The notes beneath the pieces are model-generated. The model had not been told where the DNA came from and did not search any database. It saw only the letters and a program-made list of their open reading frames with translations. Of a stretch of 41,324 bases of DNA, positions 18,804 through 29,774 are shown piece after piece (positions within the stretch are counted from its first letter, which is position 1; each line of letters opens with the position of its first letter). Origin of the DNA: Blastocatellia bacterium (GTDB taxonomy: Bacteria > Acidobacteriota > Blastocatellia > RBC074); the NCBI GenBank assembly GCA_031371805.1, contig JANMKB010000244.1:1-41324 (forward strand), given 5' to 3'. Both the position numbers and the translations under genes were made by a program.

Positions 18804-18871
18804 ATGCGGAAACACGCACGCAGTAAGTGTGGTTTTCATTCTGCGCCCTTACTGCGTGCGGGCTTCCGCAT
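18804..18871. repeat. REP-like long palindrome
   Basis: ATGCGGAAacaCGCACGCAGTAAG ... CTTACTGCGTGCGggcTTCCGCAT. Confidence 0.75.
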
Positions 18872-18880
18872 AATCATGAG

Positions 18881-18922
18881 AAAAAAGGGCGTGCTATTTC
18901 AGCCTGCCCTTTTTATTTTTTT
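18881..18922. terminator. probable bidirectional intrinsic terminator
   Basis: AAAAAAGGGC...GCCCTTTTTATTTTTTT. Confidence 0.65.
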
Positions 18923-18940
18923 TCGCCTCTCGCAAGCAAA

Positions 18941-19338
18941 TTACTTAATCACAAACGCGGACAGCTCTTTCGGATTCTTCAGATTGAAGATGCGACCTTC
19001 CCGTTCGTCAATACAGTAATCGGGGTCTTTGTCCCTGAACATCACCTGACGATCACTTTCACCTGTCGTCATATTGACGCCCACCACGCCAGCGGCTTTT
19101 TCTTTGCCTTCCACCAGGTTAGTCATGATGTATGCAAAATTGTTCGTGGTTTTTGTCGCGCTGTAACGTTTGGTTAAAAACTTTTCGTAAGTAAGGGGCC
19201 AACGTCGGTCATTTCATACCATTTGATGTCCAGCGCAGGTTTGTGTGTCCATGACGCACCATCGGCGAAAATGTTAGTGGTGAAGGCAATGAGGAATAAA
19301 CAAAAAATCCCTGGCATCTGTGAGCGAAAATTTTTCAT
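18941..19338 (-). pseudogene. secreted (beta-propeller-like) protein collapsed by internal deletion
   Basis: Signal peptide plus N-terminus (MKNFRSQ...IFADGASWTHK...DIKWYEMTDVG) joined out of frame to a C-terminal segment (KRYSATK...GVVGVNMTTGE...PDYCIDE). Confidence 0.5.
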
Positions 19339-19610
19339 AAATATAAACTCTCCCTGGGTGGAAAAATGGGGTTAGCGGTAGCGGGGCAGCAGTCAATAAA
19401 TCGGGGTCGTTGATTTATCTGACAGTGGGGGTTGTGAAAAGATTGGGCGAAAGAGGAGCCATCTTTCTTCACCTCAATAACGCAGGGTTTAGGGATAAAA
19501 GGTGCCAAGAAGTAGAAAATTTTTTGGTGGTGAGATTTAATTGCGATAAGGTTGACTGGTAATCGTTAATGTAAGTGAAATCCTTAATTTTCAAAGCGAG
19601 ATAAAAAATC

Positions 19611-22013
19611 ATGAGGCGTCGTAATTTCTTAAAAACAAGTGTCGAGACCGCTGCGGGTGTGGCACTGGCGAGTTGCTTAACCGTCAACGCCAACGCTGCC
19701 GATTTGCCGCAGCGTACAAATGTTTTGTGGTATCGCCAACCGGCAATAAAGTGGGAAGAGGCGTTGCCACTGGGCAATGGACGATTGGGCGCGATGGTAT
19801 TTTGTGGCGTCCAAACGGAGCGGTTGCAAATTAACGAAGACACCATCTGGGCAGGCGAAAAACGTGATCGTAATAACCCGGAAGGCGCGCACAGCATCCC
19901 GGAAGTGCGCCGCTTGTTGATGGAAGGCAAAATCAAAGAGGCTGAAGTACTCGCCGAAAAAAATATTATTTCAATTCCCAAACGCCTGCCTCCGTATCAG
20001 CCGTTTGGCGATTTGATACTGAGGTTTTTCGGGCAGGAAAAATTTAGCGATTATGTCCGCGAACTTAATCTGGACTCCGGCATTGTCAGCATAGATTACA
20101 AATCCGGCGGCGCGAATTTTACCCGTGAAATTTTTTCCTCCGCTGTGGATCAGGTGATCGTGATGCGCCTGACCTGCGACAAACCTGGTCGCATTTCGTT
20201 CGCGGCTACTTTGACGCGTGAACAGGATGTGAAAATGCTGATTGTGGCAGGCAACCGCGTTGTGCTGGAAGGCGAAGCGATTGCGCGAGATGAGAGGCAT
20301 CATGACGAACGCAAAGTCGGCGTCAAATTTCAGGGCGTGTTACAGGTGATGCCCGAAGGCGGAAAAACCAGAGTTGAAGGCAACGAATTTGTCGTTGAGA
20401 AAGCCAATGCTGCGACTTTAATTTTTGCGGCGGCAACTAATTTCAAGCAAAAAGATTTTGCGGCTCAATGCGATCAGTATTTGGTTGCAGCAAAAAAGCC
20501 TTACACCAGACTGCGGGCGGCTCACGTTGCCGAGCATCAAAAAATATTTCGCCGCGTTGATTTCAGGCTCACTACTTCGAGCCCCGATTTACCAACGGAT
20601 GAGCGATTGCAGCGCATAAAAACTGGTGCATCTGATCCGGGGCTGGAAACTTTATACTTTCAATTTGGCAGATATTTGTTGATGGGGAGCAGTCGTCCCG
20701 GCACGATGGCGGCGAATTTACAGGGCATCTGGAATGACAAGCTCGCGCCGTCGTGGGACAGTAAGTTCACGATCAACATAAACACGGAGATGAATTACTG
20801 GCCTGCCGAAGTTTGTAATCTGACCGAAATGCATGAGCCGCTGTTTGGCCTGCTTGAAAATGCCCGCGAAGACGGACGCAGAATAGCGAAGAATTTGTAC
20901 GGCGCACGCGGGTTTGTTTTGCACCACAACACAGACGCGTGGGGGCATGCCGTACCGATTGACGGAGTTAGTTCAGGGCTTTGGCCAATGGGCGCGGCGT
21001 GGTTAAGCCTGCATCTGTGGGATCATTATGATTACGCCCGCAATCAGGTATTTTTGACGTATCGTGCCTATCCGATAATGAAAGAAACTGCCGAATTTTT
21101 TCTTGATTATCTGTTTGATGATGGCAAAGGGCAGCTGCTTACCGGGCCTTCAATTTCGCCGGAAAATCGTTACCGCACGGCTGCGGGTGCAGTTGGAAAA
21201 CTTTGCATGGCTCCGGCGATGGACAGCGCCATCGCGCATGCTCTTTTCACACGGGTGATTGCCGCAAGCGAGATTCTGGGCATTGACGAAGATTTTCGCC
21301 AACAAATAATTGCGGTTCGTGATCGCCTGCCAGCGCCAAAAATTGGTAAGTATGGACAGTTGCAGGAATGGCTGGAAGATTATGACGAACCTGATCCTGG
21401 TCACCGCCACATTTCGCATTTGTTCGCGCTGCATCCGGGTAATCAAATCACGTTGCACGGCACGCCGGAACTGGCAATGGCGGCGCGTGTTACGCTGGAG
21501 CGCAGACTCAAAGCCGGAAGCGGTCACACCGGATGGAGCCGGGCGTGGATCATTAATTTTTGGGCGCGACTGGGCGAAGGTGACACGGCGCACGAAAACA
21601 TTCTGGCCTTGCTGGCGAAATCAACGCACCCGAATCTTTTTGATAATCATCCGCCCTTTCAAATTGACGGAAATTTTGGTGGTACGGCAGGCATGGCGGA
21701 AATGCTGTTGCAAAGCCACGCTGGAGAAATCAGCTTTTTGCCCGCACTTCCGCGAGCGTGGTCAGAAGGCGCAATCAAAGGTTTGCGGGCGCGTGGCGCG
21801 GTGGCAATTGACCTGAGCTGGAAAGATGGAAAAGCTGCGCTGGCAGTTTTGCGACCACAAATAAACGGCACACATAAATTGCGTGCGCCACGTGGTCAGA
21901 AAATTATTGACGTGCTGGAAAATACAAAAAAACTCTCCGTCCAAACGGCTGACGACGGGTTGTTGATGGTGCAGATTGTGGCTGGCAAAAAATACGAAAT
22001 CAAATTTAGCTGA
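19611..22013 (+). CDS. GH95 family alpha-L-fucosidase, Tat-exported
   Basis: MRRRNFLK; WEEALPLGNGRLGAM; FQFGRYLL; ANLQGIWN; NINTEMNYW; HRHISHL; PFQIDGNFG. Confidence 0.93.
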   Translation: MRRRNFLKTSVETAAGVALASCLTVNANAADLPQRTNVLWYRQPAIKWEEALPLGNGRLGAMVFCGVQTERLQINEDTIWAGEKRDRNNPEGAHSIPEVRRLLMEGKIKEAEVLAEKNIISIPKRLPPYQPFGDLILRFFGQEKFSDYVRELNLDSGIVSIDYKSGGANFTREIFSSAVDQVIVMRLTCDKPGRISFAATLTREQDVKMLIVAGNRVVLEGEAIARDERHHDERKVGVKFQGVLQVMPEGGKTRVEGNEFVVEKANAATLIFAAATNFKQKDFAAQCDQYLVAAKKPYTRLRAAHVAEHQKIFRRVDFRLTTSSPDLPTDERLQRIKTGASDPGLETLYFQFGRYLLMGSSRPGTMAANLQGIWNDKLAPSWDSKFTININTEMNYWPAEVCNLTEMHEPLFGLLENAREDGRRIAKNLYGARGFVLHHNTDAWGHAVPIDGVSSGLWPMGAAWLSLHLWDHYDYARNQVFLTYRAYPIMKETAEFFLDYLFDDGKGQLLTGPSISPENRYRTAAGAVGKLCMAPAMDSAIAHALFTRVIAASEILGIDEDFRQQIIAVRDRLPAPKIGKYGQLQEWLEDYDEPDPGHRHISHLFALHPGNQITLHGTPELAMAARVTLERRLKAGSGHTGWSRAWIINFWARLGEGDTAHENILALLAKSTHPNLFDNHPPFQIDGNFGGTAGMAEMLLQSHAGEISFLPALPRAWSEGAIKGLRARGAVAIDLSWKDGKAALAVLRPQINGTHKLRAPRGQKIIDVLENTKKLSVQTADDGLLMVQIVAGKKYEIKFS

Positions 22014-22048
22014 ATAACTTAACTCGCCTTACTTTTGCCAGCGCCCGA

Positions 22049-23515
22049 TTATTCCGCCCGATAATTAGGTGCTTCTTTTGTAATGAACACATCGTGAACG
22101 TGTGATTCTTTCAGGCTGGCGGCAGTGATTTTGATGAAGCGCGCATTCGTTTTCAGTTCTTCAATTGTGCGGCATCCGGTGTAGCCCATGCCCGCCTTCA
22201 GGCCGCCAACCAATTGTCCAACTAAAGCCGCCAGCGAACCTTTGTGCGTCACGCGACCCTCGATGCCTTCGGGAACCAGCTTGCTTTCGGCTTCGGTGGA
22301 TTCCTGTCCATAACGATCTTTGCTGCCTTCTTTCATCGCGCCGATGGAACCCATGCCGCGATAAGATTTGAAATTGCGTCCCTGATACAAAATGATTTCG
22401 CCCGGCGATTCGTCCGTACCGGCGAGCAATGAACCAATCATGACGGAGTCTGCGCCGGCGGCAATGGCCTTTGTCACGTCGCCGGAAAATTTAATTCCGC
22501 CATCAGCAATGATCGGGATGCCTGAACCTGCCGCTGCTTTCGCGCATTCGGCCACGGCAGTGATTTGGGGAACACCTGCGCCAGACACGACCCGCGTAGT
22601 GCAAATTGAGCCTGGCCCCATTCCTACTTTTACTGCGTCTACGCCTGCGTGAATCAGAGCTTTTGTGCCTGCTCCGGTTGCCACATTGCCAGCGATTAAT
22701 TGCACTTCGGGATATTTTTGCTTGACTGCTTTAATGGCTTCAAGCACGCGCACAGAATGACCATGCGCAGTATCAATCGCCAGCACGTCGACGCGCACTT
22801 TGATGAGTTCAGCCGCGCGTTCGAGAAAATCTCCGGTTGCGCCAACGGCTGCGGCGACGCGCAGTCTGCCCAAATCATCTTTGGCAGCGTTGGGATATTT
22901 GATCGCTTTCTGAATATCTTTGACGGTGATGAGTCCTTTGAGGTGATAGTTTTCGTCCACTACTAACAGCTTTTCGACGCGATGCTTTTGCAGGATACCT
23001 TCAGCCTCGCGCAAAGTTGTGCCGACAGGAACGGTGATGAGATTGTCTTTCGTCATCACTTCAGAAATAGAGAGTTCCAGCCGATTCTCAAACCGCAAAT
23101 CACGATTAGTCAGAATTCCAACCAGCCTGCCATCACTCTGCACAATCGGCACACCGGAAATTTTAAAGCGCTGCATCAATTCCAGCGCATCGCGCAGCGG
23201 ACGTTCCGGCGTAATTGTTACCGGATCAACGATCATGCCAGATTCGGAGCGTTTGACTTTATCAACCTCATCGCGCTGCACTTCAATCGGGAAATTTTTA
23301 TGAATGACTCCGATGCCACCCTGTTGCGCAATCGCAATTGCCATCGGGCTTTCGGTGACAGTATCCATCGCTGAGCTAAGAAGCGGGATATTCAAATAGA
23401 TGGTGCGAGTTAAGCGCGTGATGGTGTCCGCTTCGGTGGGCAAAAATTCGGAATAATCAGGCAGTAATAAAACGTCGTCGAATGTCAGTGCTTCGGGTAG
23501 ATTTTCGGTTAGCAT
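22049..23515 (-). CDS. guaB: IMP dehydrogenase
   Basis: [19 protein letters not shown] pair, [29 protein letters not shown]. Confidence 0.98.
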   Translation of the reverse strand: MLTENLPEALTFDDVLLLPDYSEFLPTEADTITRLTRTIYLNIPLLSSAMDTVTESPMAIAIAQQGGIGVIHKNFPIEVQRDEVDKVKRSESGMIVDPVTITPERPLRDALELMQRFKISGVPIVQSDGRLVGILTNRDLRFENRLELSISEVMTKDNLITVPVGTTLREAEGILQKHRVEKLLVVDENYHLKGLITVKDIQKAIKYPNAAKDDLGRLRVAAAVGATGDFLERAAELIKVRVDVLAIDTAHGHSVRVLEAIKAVKQKYPEVQLIAGNVATGAGTKALIHAGVDAVKVGMGPGSICTTRVVSGAGVPQITAVAECAKAAAGSGIPIIADGGIKFSGDVTKAIAAGADSVMIGSLLAGTDESPGEIILYQGRNFKSYRGMGSIGAMKEGSKDRYGQESTEAESKLVPEGIEGRVTHKGSLAALVGQLVGGLKAGMGYTGCRTIEELKTNARFIKITAASLKESHVHDVFITKEAPNYRAE

Positions 23516-23560
23516 AAATTTAGAGCTTTATTTTTATCCGCAATAACTTGGAGCGGTCTA

Positions 23561-23599
23561 TAAATAAACAAAAACCGCGCAGGCTTTTTTGCCGCGCGG
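23561..23599 (-). terminator. strong intrinsic terminator ~45 nt upstream of guaB
   Basis: Minus strand CCGCGCGGC-AAAAAA-GCCTGCGCGG-TTTTTGTTTATTT. Confidence 0.8.
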
Positions 23600-23697
23600 G
23601 TCTGGATTACGAACGATTAGCATGGTGCCGCATCTGGGCAGCTTTGCCTCGTGACCACTCCACGAGTGCCATTTTAGGAAAATCATCAACCAGCCAT

Positions 23698-24546
23698 TTA
23701 CTGGATAAACTGCTGGTAATTTTCTTTGGTGATAACAACACTTTCAGCAATGAACTTGCCCTTGTTTGCGTTGATCCTGATGGGACGCCCATTAAGGTAA
23801 GCATCCAGGGTCGTCACGTTACCAATATTAACAATCAATCTATCGTTGCCGGAAATCTCCCTGATCTCGCCCGGCTTGAGCGTCACCATTTCACTTTTCG
23901 GATTGGCGTCAGCCCGGACTTTAATCCAGCATTCTCCATCTTTGGCTTGCAGCTTTAGTTGCAAGGCTCCCGTCAGGGGAGGAGCAGGTGTCGTGGCTCC
24001 TGGTAATGAAGGTGATGGTGATGCACCAACTGATGAAGTTGTAGCAGGTGACTGGGTGCTTGTAACTGAAGCGGTCGGAGATGACGAAAGTCCTTCATCA
24101 GGTGTTGCTGAAGTTGTAGCATCAGGTGTTGCTGAGATGGCAACAGGGGGAATAACTTCGCTTGCTTTGAACCAGCGGTAAGCTGTGAAAATTCCTGCAC
24201 TCAATAAAAGTAAAATAATTACAATGAGAGCGATGCTGCCCCATGGAGAACTGACTTCTTCATCAATTCCTTCCATGCTCGGCGCTAAGGTGCGAGGTGC
24301 TTCGCCGCCCTGAGATTCTAACTGCTGTCCATACATCACCAGCGCCTGCTCTTCGTCCATCCCGACAAAACGAGCATAGCTGCGCACAAAGCCGCGATTA
24401 AAAATGCCGCCAGGAAGAATTGAGTAATTGTCAGACTCAATTGACTGTAAGAACCGACCACCAATATGAGTTGCGTCAGAAACGTCCCGAATGGTGAACC
24501 CTTTTTCTTCCCGCAATCGCTTGAGTTCTTCGCCTAATGTGGGCAT
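23698..24546 (-). CDS. rodZ: RodZ-like protein (HTH, TM, linker, DUF4115)
   Basis: LGEELKRLRE...LPGGIFNRGFVRSYARFVG; single TM; S/T/P linker; CWIKVRAD...IGN. Confidence 0.8.
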   Translation of the reverse strand: MPTLGEELKRLREEKGFTIRDVSDATHIGGRFLQSIESDNYSILPGGIFNRGFVRSYARFVGMDEEQALVMYGQQLESQGGEAPRTLAPSMEGIDEEVSSPWGSIALIVIILLLLSAGIFTAYRWFKASEVIPPVAISATPDATTSATPDEGLSSSPTASVTSTQSPATTSSVGASPSPSLPGATTPAPPLTGALQLKLQAKDGECWIKVRADANPKSEMVTLKPGEIREISGNDRLIVNIGNVTTLDAYLNGRPIRINANKGKFIAESVVITKENYQQFIQ

Positions 24547-24695
24547 GCGTAACCTTTGCCTATCCCCTTCTACATCCTGGTTCTGCGATGAGATTTTTTT
24601 CGTGAATTATTGATCTTGAAAATACAGCTCAACAAGTCGGCAATCTTACAGTTAAATTATCGCGGCTGTCAATTTTGCAGGCACACTATTGTTTT

Positions 24696-25961
24696 TTACA
24701 TTCGTTTCGTGGCAGCCAGTCGGGCTGCCTGTTTGCGAATGACATCAGGAACATTGCGATTAGAGGTCAGCGCCTTCAGGTCTTTGGGGAACAAGCGATT
24801 GAGGAGCGGCAAGCTGGTTCCAACAGGAGTCCGGGCATTTTGTACCAGATGGTGAATAATTGGATAGCTCCGAATCCATTGGCGATTGAGTGCAATCAGG
24901 CGCAATCCTTCTTCTGGCAAGGACTTCATCGCTGAGATTGCTTCAACTTCGGGCTGGGTAATCCGTGGATTGCCGAGGACACCGAGAATGACCGATTTGT
25001 TGGAATCGCGGCGTAGAATGTTGCGTGCTTCGCGGTTACCTTTGAGGGCGAGCTTGACGCGTGATTTGATATTCATTCTGGTGATCTTCTGCATCATCGT
25101 CAGGCGCTCGACGGTTGTCTCTTCACCATCCATCTTCATTTCATTGATGATGCGCTCAGCTTCAGCTTCTGCCTCAGAGTCAGCCGGGGTTTCAGCTTCA
25201 GAGCCGACTGAAACTTCAACCAATTGTTGCGGCGGATCGGGTTCTTCCTGAACCCGTTGCATTTCATCCCGAATAATTTTAATGAACTCGGACCCTATCT
25301 TAGGATCATCATCGGATTGAAAAGCTGCTTCAAAATTCAGGTCTTCAACCGGAATGTCGTCATCAAGCATGTCCGGCAGGGATTCTTCGACATAGTTGAG
25401 ACCTAAAGCCGCAGACATCGCTGCTGCACGGGCGCGACGTTCTTCGCCAATGCGTTTGGCCCCCAGTTCTTTCTCGAAAAATTCAATTCGTACTTCTTTT
25501 GCTCGGCGAATGGCTTCGGCACTACTGGCTTTGTTCTCAATCAGTGAGGTAATAATTTCAGGATAGCGAATCATGCGTTCCTGATTGATCGCAATCAATT
25601 CAAGTAATTTAGCTTCTTTATTCCAACGCGCTAATTCAGTGATTCCCTGATCCGGGGTCGAATCATTCAGAATCAGGGCTTCGTAAATCTCCGTCTTACC
25701 GCCACGCCAACTGCATAAATGTTGCAAAATATCCCGTGGGGTTTCTTTTATTAACACAACTTGGCGCATTCTTTCAGGCGCAAAATCGTTCAGAGATTTC
25801 GTGGCTAATGAGCGTATTTCCGCGTCATGATCTTTGCTCAGAACAACGAGAATTTCCAGCAGGTCTTCCGATGGAATGGGTAGCGCAGCACGGGCGGCAG
25901 CGAGTTTGGCGGCAGCAGGGGCGGCTCCATTACGGATAGCAGTAACAATAGGACTAGCCAT
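24696..25961 (-). CDS. conserved hypothetical helical-repeat protein
   Basis: 421-aa ORF with an acidic linker and C-terminal RVKLALKGNREARNILRRDSNK..VL.NPRIT..EV. Confidence 0.8.
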   Translation of the reverse strand: MASPIVTAIRNGAAPAAAKLAAARAALPIPSEDLLEILVVLSKDHDAEIRSLATKSLNDFAPERMRQVVLIKETPRDILQHLCSWRGGKTEIYEALILNDSTPDQGITELARWNKEAKLLELIAINQERMIRYPEIITSLIENKASSAEAIRRAKEVRIEFFEKELGAKRIGEERRARAAAMSAALGLNYVEESLPDMLDDDIPVEDLNFEAAFQSDDDPKIGSEFIKIIRDEMQRVQEEPDPPQQLVEVSVGSEAETPADSEAEAEAERIINEMKMDGEETTVERLTMMQKITRMNIKSRVKLALKGNREARNILRRDSNKSVILGVLGNPRITQPEVEAISAMKSLPEEGLRLIALNRQWIRSYPIIHHLVQNARTPVGTSLPLLNRLFPKDLKALTSNRNVPDVIRKQAARLAATKRM

Positions 25962-26013
25962 AAAAAATTAAGCGTAAAGATAAAACGAGAAACTGCGCAC
26001 CTGATGTATCAGG

Positions 26014-26793
26014 TTACCTGACATTTTCATCCTGAAAAAATAAATATCGGCTGGGTCTTTCCGAGGTGCCACGTTCAAAACCCGCGCAATATAAACCTTC
26101 CGACAGGTATTGTTGAAATGCCGAACGGAGTTTGAGTTGCCATTCCTGCGCCTCGGCCAAATGGCGGGCTTTAATTTGCTCAATGTCAAAGGGGACTTCG
26201 ACAAAAGCCTGCGGCGTTGCTGAAGTCTGAGTTTCTCCAGTCTGATTTATGATGGTATTAACACGTGGTGAATTCACCCACCATTCAATCAGCAAACGAT
26301 CTGTATCCAATCCGCGATGTAAGGTGCTGGTGCTATGATGACCGCAATAATTGACTTTATATTTGCGAACGACTCCGCCCAGCTTCACAATATTGAGATA
26401 AGCATTGCGCGATTGCAGCGGATCAAAGGTCCAAACCATCAGGGGAACATTTAATTGTAAAGCCCGCTGCCGTTGCGCGAATTTGAGCTTCATCCCAATC
26501 CCTGAATTTTGCAGTTCCGGCTTAACCGCTAACATGTGGGAGTAATAATAAGGTTGCAACCGATCATCAAAGGCTGGCAAGGCATGGGCAAATCCAAGCA
26601 TCTTTCCATCTTTATCTGCAAATGCGCCCAGGGTAAATCCACCGCTGTTTTTAGTAATGACCAGAGAGCGCGGAGGCGTAATATCCAAATCCGAGAATTG
26701 CCAAACCTCCCGCTGCATATCAAGACAGGCGCTATAATCCTCAAAACTTGCGCAATCACGAATTTGATGGCTTGGCGAATAAGTAAGGGACAT
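26014..26793 (-). CDS. GNAT family acyltransferase (type often linked to N-succinylamino acid racemase)
   Basis: YYSHMLAV...GIGMKLKFAQRQRAL...WTFDPLQSRNAYLNIVKLG...GLDTDRL..EW. Confidence 0.85.
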   Translation of the reverse strand: MSLTYSPSHQIRDCASFEDYSACLDMQREVWQFSDLDITPPRSLVITKNSGGFTLGAFADKDGKMLGFAHALPAFDDRLQPYYYSHMLAVKPELQNSGIGMKLKFAQRQRALQLNVPLMVWTFDPLQSRNAYLNIVKLGGVVRKYKVNYCGHHSTSTLHRGLDTDRLLIEWWVNSPRVNTIINQTGETQTSATPQAFVEVPFDIEQIKARHLAEAQEWQLKLRSAFQQYLSEGLYCAGFERGTSERPSRYLFFQDENVR

Positions 26794-27010
26794 ATCTAAA
26801 GAGTAGCAAAATGAGAAAAGATGAGAATACTGTTGGAGGACGTAGCTCAAGTCAAGATTTAAATCAATAATTAAGTTTAATGTTGTTTAAGGTACGAGTG
26901 GGATGCTATATTTTACCCGTCTCGTTCTGACCGCCTACCGAGCATCGCCCCGCAATTAGATTTTTATTGTGTTTATTATTTAATTGCCCCTTCAAACAGG
27001 ATTCTCACCT

Positions 27011-27217
27011 ATGACCAGCTATTTTCGTGCGGAAATTAATGGCAACGCTCAGGACTGTGCCAAACTTATCAATGAATTACGTGACAGCAAATGGGATATC
27101 TACGTTGACGAGGGATATTTGATTGTTTCAGAGATCGAATGGGATCGTTTGGAACAGCTTGCCAGGACCTATCATTGTGAAATCAATTCATTATCTCAGG
27201 TTCAGCAAGCCGCATAA
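27011..27217 (+). CDS. small hypothetical protein
   Basis: 68-aa ORF filling the intergenic gap, plausible protein composition. Confidence 0.55.
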   Translation: MTSYFRAEINGNAQDCAKLINELRDSKWDIYVDEGYLIVSEIEWDRLEQLARTYHCEINSLSQVQQAA

Positions 27218-27239
27218 TTACTATTTGGCGACGCCCTCA

Positions 27240-28055
27240 TTAAATGATTTTAAGGTTTTCGACCTCTTCTGGTAAGCAGCTTAAGGCGGAACGGGCAGCA
27301 TCCTGATGAGCACTTTTAATAGTTGTTCCCTGTCCGGTTGCCAGGCGCTTACCATTGACGCGTAATTCAACTTGAAAGGTTCGTTTGTGATCAGGCCCGT
27401 GCTTTTCAAGAATCGCGTATTTCGGGGTCGGTAAGCCGTGGGCTTGTAAGCTTTCCTGGAGCGCCGTCTTGTAATCTGTTGCGGTCAGGTCAAGTGGATC
27501 CATCGCCGCGAATGTTCCGGCAAATTGCTGTTTGACGAAATCTCTGGCTGCCTCAATGCCGCCATCCAGATAAATCGCTGCGATCAGTGCCTCATAGGCA
27601 TCAACCATTAAATGAGATTTGTTGCGTCCGCCGGTTTTTTCTTCTCCGCGATTCAGCAACAAATAATCGCCAAGTTTAATGCGCACTGCATGAGTTTGCA
27701 AATTTACCGCACTTACCGTAAAGGCTCGTAACTTGGACAGTGTTCCTTCTTTTTCAGTTGGGTATGTTTCCAATAACCAGGCGCTGACCAAAAATTCCAA
27801 CACTGCATCGCCTAAAAACTCCAGCGCTTCGTTATGCAAGGGGCGAGGCTCCGGCTGTTCATTGGCAAAAGAGCGGTGCGTTAGGGCGCGTTGGAGTAAA
27901 TTCAAATCACGAAACTGATAACCGATAATCCCCTGAAGTTGGGTCATCGCCTGCTCTACTGAACGATTAGCGTTAGCGGAAATTTGACTGACGTCTTTTT
28001 TAAGCAATTTTTCAGTCAATTCTTCTGCTCCTGATTGTTCTAAATCATCACTCAT
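27240..28055 (-). CDS. rnc: ribonuclease III
   Basis: [33 protein letters not shown], ds[11 protein letters not shown]...GPDH. Start uncertain. Confidence 0.95.
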   Translation of the reverse strand: MSDDLEQSGAEELTEKLLKKDVSQISANANRSVEQAMTQLQGIIGYQFRDLNLLQRALTHRSFANEQPEPRPLHNEALEFLGDAVLEFLVSAWLLETYPTEKEGTLSKLRAFTVSAVNLQTHAVRIKLGDYLLLNRGEEKTGGRNKSHLMVDAYEALIAAIYLDGGIEAARDFVKQQFAGTFAAMDPLDLTATDYKTALQESLQAHGLPTPKYAILEKHGPDHKRTFQVELRVNGKRLATGQGTTIKSAHQDAARSALSCLPEEVENLKII

Positions 28056-28151
28056 GACAGCTAACTTAATACCATAAAACAAAAGCCAGCGCTCGTTGTC
28101 GAGAGCCGGCCTTTGCCTCAACCTCAGATTGTGACTGATGATTACTACGCG

Positions 28152-29348
28152 CTACCTGGGTTTTTTAACTGGTGCTTTAGTTGTTGCCTTAGCTGGTGTG
28201 GCAGGTTTTTCACTTCCACCAGCATCTGGTTTGGCTGTCCCACCAGCAGGGGCCGTCGCCGTTGCCTTACCACCTTTACCCTTGGGGGCAGTAGGCGGAG
28301 GAGTAGTCGTAGACTCTTCAGTCTTGATTTTCATGTCTGTGACGCTAACATCGGGCTTAAAGTGTTTGACCAGTTCCTCAATTTTGAAATCCTTATTGAG
28401 AAATTTAGCAAACGCTTCACATTGTCCCCTGGCATCATCATAAACAGCTTTGTACTCAGGTTTACCTTCTGTCAAAGCCATCACACGCGCATAATCATTC
28501 GTCATTTTTTCGACGACGGGATAAATTTTTCCTAGTAACCCCTTGCCCTTTTCGCCTGTCTTCTCATCGTTGGATAAGGCGTTATACTCAGCATTAAGCT
28601 TGGTATAAAGAGATGTGGTTGCTTCGGCGCGTAATAAATAGGTATTCGGGTCCTTATAGGCTGTGCCTTCTTTAATGTTCGCCGCTTTGGTCAGGTACTC
28701 AATTGTCTTCTCATTATCAGGAGGCGTTTGACGTAAATAATAAAGACCTTCATACTGAATCAGGCGGGCTGTATTGTCCTTACGGAAGCTGTCCCACTCC
28801 GGCTGTTTCCAACCTTCAGGGGCGGTTGCTTGCGCCAGCATGGGCAGGGCTTTTTCTGTGTACTGCAGCCCGCGAGCAGTGTCTTTATAAAAACCAACAA
28901 GCACGCCATATCCTGTCCCCAGAGGCATCCGCGTAGAAAAATACGCATCAGGCTTAGGTGACTTGCTGATCCACGCATCACAAGCCGAAAGAAAACCATT
29001 TAGATTTGCTTCATTTGGAGTAGCGAAAAAAGTTTTATCCGCTTCTGAGCATTTGTTGTAGACCTGTTTCAGCTCATAGCGCGCTATATACGCCAGTGGG
29101 CTTTTCCGCCAGTAGGGGTCAATGTTAGGGAATTTTTCAAGAAAGATTTTGGCCTTTTCATACTTTTTGGCCTCATCCTTCTCGTTGTAATAATCCTCAT
29201 AAAAAGGACGTGCATCGTCTGGTAAAGGTGGCGTAGGCTGTGCCTGCTGATAGGCACCATTGCCAGCGTTGTAATTGGCGAGTTTCGGCGCAGACATCAC
29301 AGAGACGCTGAGGGATAACGCCAGGGCAAATAAACCGAACTTCTTCAT
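28152..29348 (-). CDS. secreted TPR-like helical protein with P/A/T/K-rich tail
   Basis: Signal peptide MKKFGLFALALSL; GGAGG RBS; helical repeats. Confidence 0.75.
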   Translation of the reverse strand: MKKFGLFALALSLSVSVMSAPKLANYNAGNGAYQQAQPTPPLPDDARPFYEDYYNEKDEAKKYEKAKIFLEKFPNIDPYWRKSPLAYIARYELKQVYNKCSEADKTFFATPNEANLNGFLSACDAWISKSPKPDAYFSTRMPLGTGYGVLVGFYKDTARGLQYTEKALPMLAQATAPEGWKQPEWDSFRKDNTARLIQYEGLYYLRQTPPDNEKTIEYLTKAANIKEGTAYKDPNTYLLRAEATTSLYTKLNAEYNALSNDEKTGEKGKGLLGKIYPVVEKMTNDYARVMALTEGKPEYKAVYDDARGQCEAFAKFLNKDFKIEELVKHFKPDVSVTDMKIKTEESTTTPPPTAPKGKGGKATATAPAGGTAKPDAGGSEKPATPAKATTKAPVKKPR

Positions 29349-29774
29349 AAAAAATTAATCCTCCGAGTCATTTCATTAAGCTGGACATTAATCTGCGAAG
29401 TGTCAGAATTGATCCGGCTATTGCAGAAACAGCCTGCCGAACATCTGTTTTTTATTAACCTGACCGACACCGCAAAAACTTACTGACAAATTATCAAAGG
29501 GGAAACTTGAATACATCGCAAAGTCGCAACACGCAGCATTCAAATCTCTTCCTCTGTCTTCAACTGCATTTTCCTCAATTTCCAATCAATTCAATTATTC
29601 AGTCGCAAATTTTACAACCAGCAAAAAGATTGATTTGGGCGAGAGGGGTAAGCGGGGCAACTGTATCATCAAACGCACTTCCCTGAAACTTGTCAGATGC
29701 TTGCGTATTGTGCATGATTCAAATACTTTGTCAATTGCCCTAACTGCGAACACTTAGTTGATGCTAAAGCGAAC

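Noticed and set aside
23622-23672. Minus-strand ...GGCACCA resembling a tRNA 3' end
   Set aside because: No TTC-containing T-loop and no cloverleaf.
23600-23697. Canonical purine or ZTP riboswitch upstream of guaB
   Set aside because: One hairpin resembles purine P2, but the UAUAA/UUUCUAC junctions and the P3 loop are absent. A GCCG..CTGGGC ZTP-like hairpin is on the wrong strand and lacks its P1 partner.
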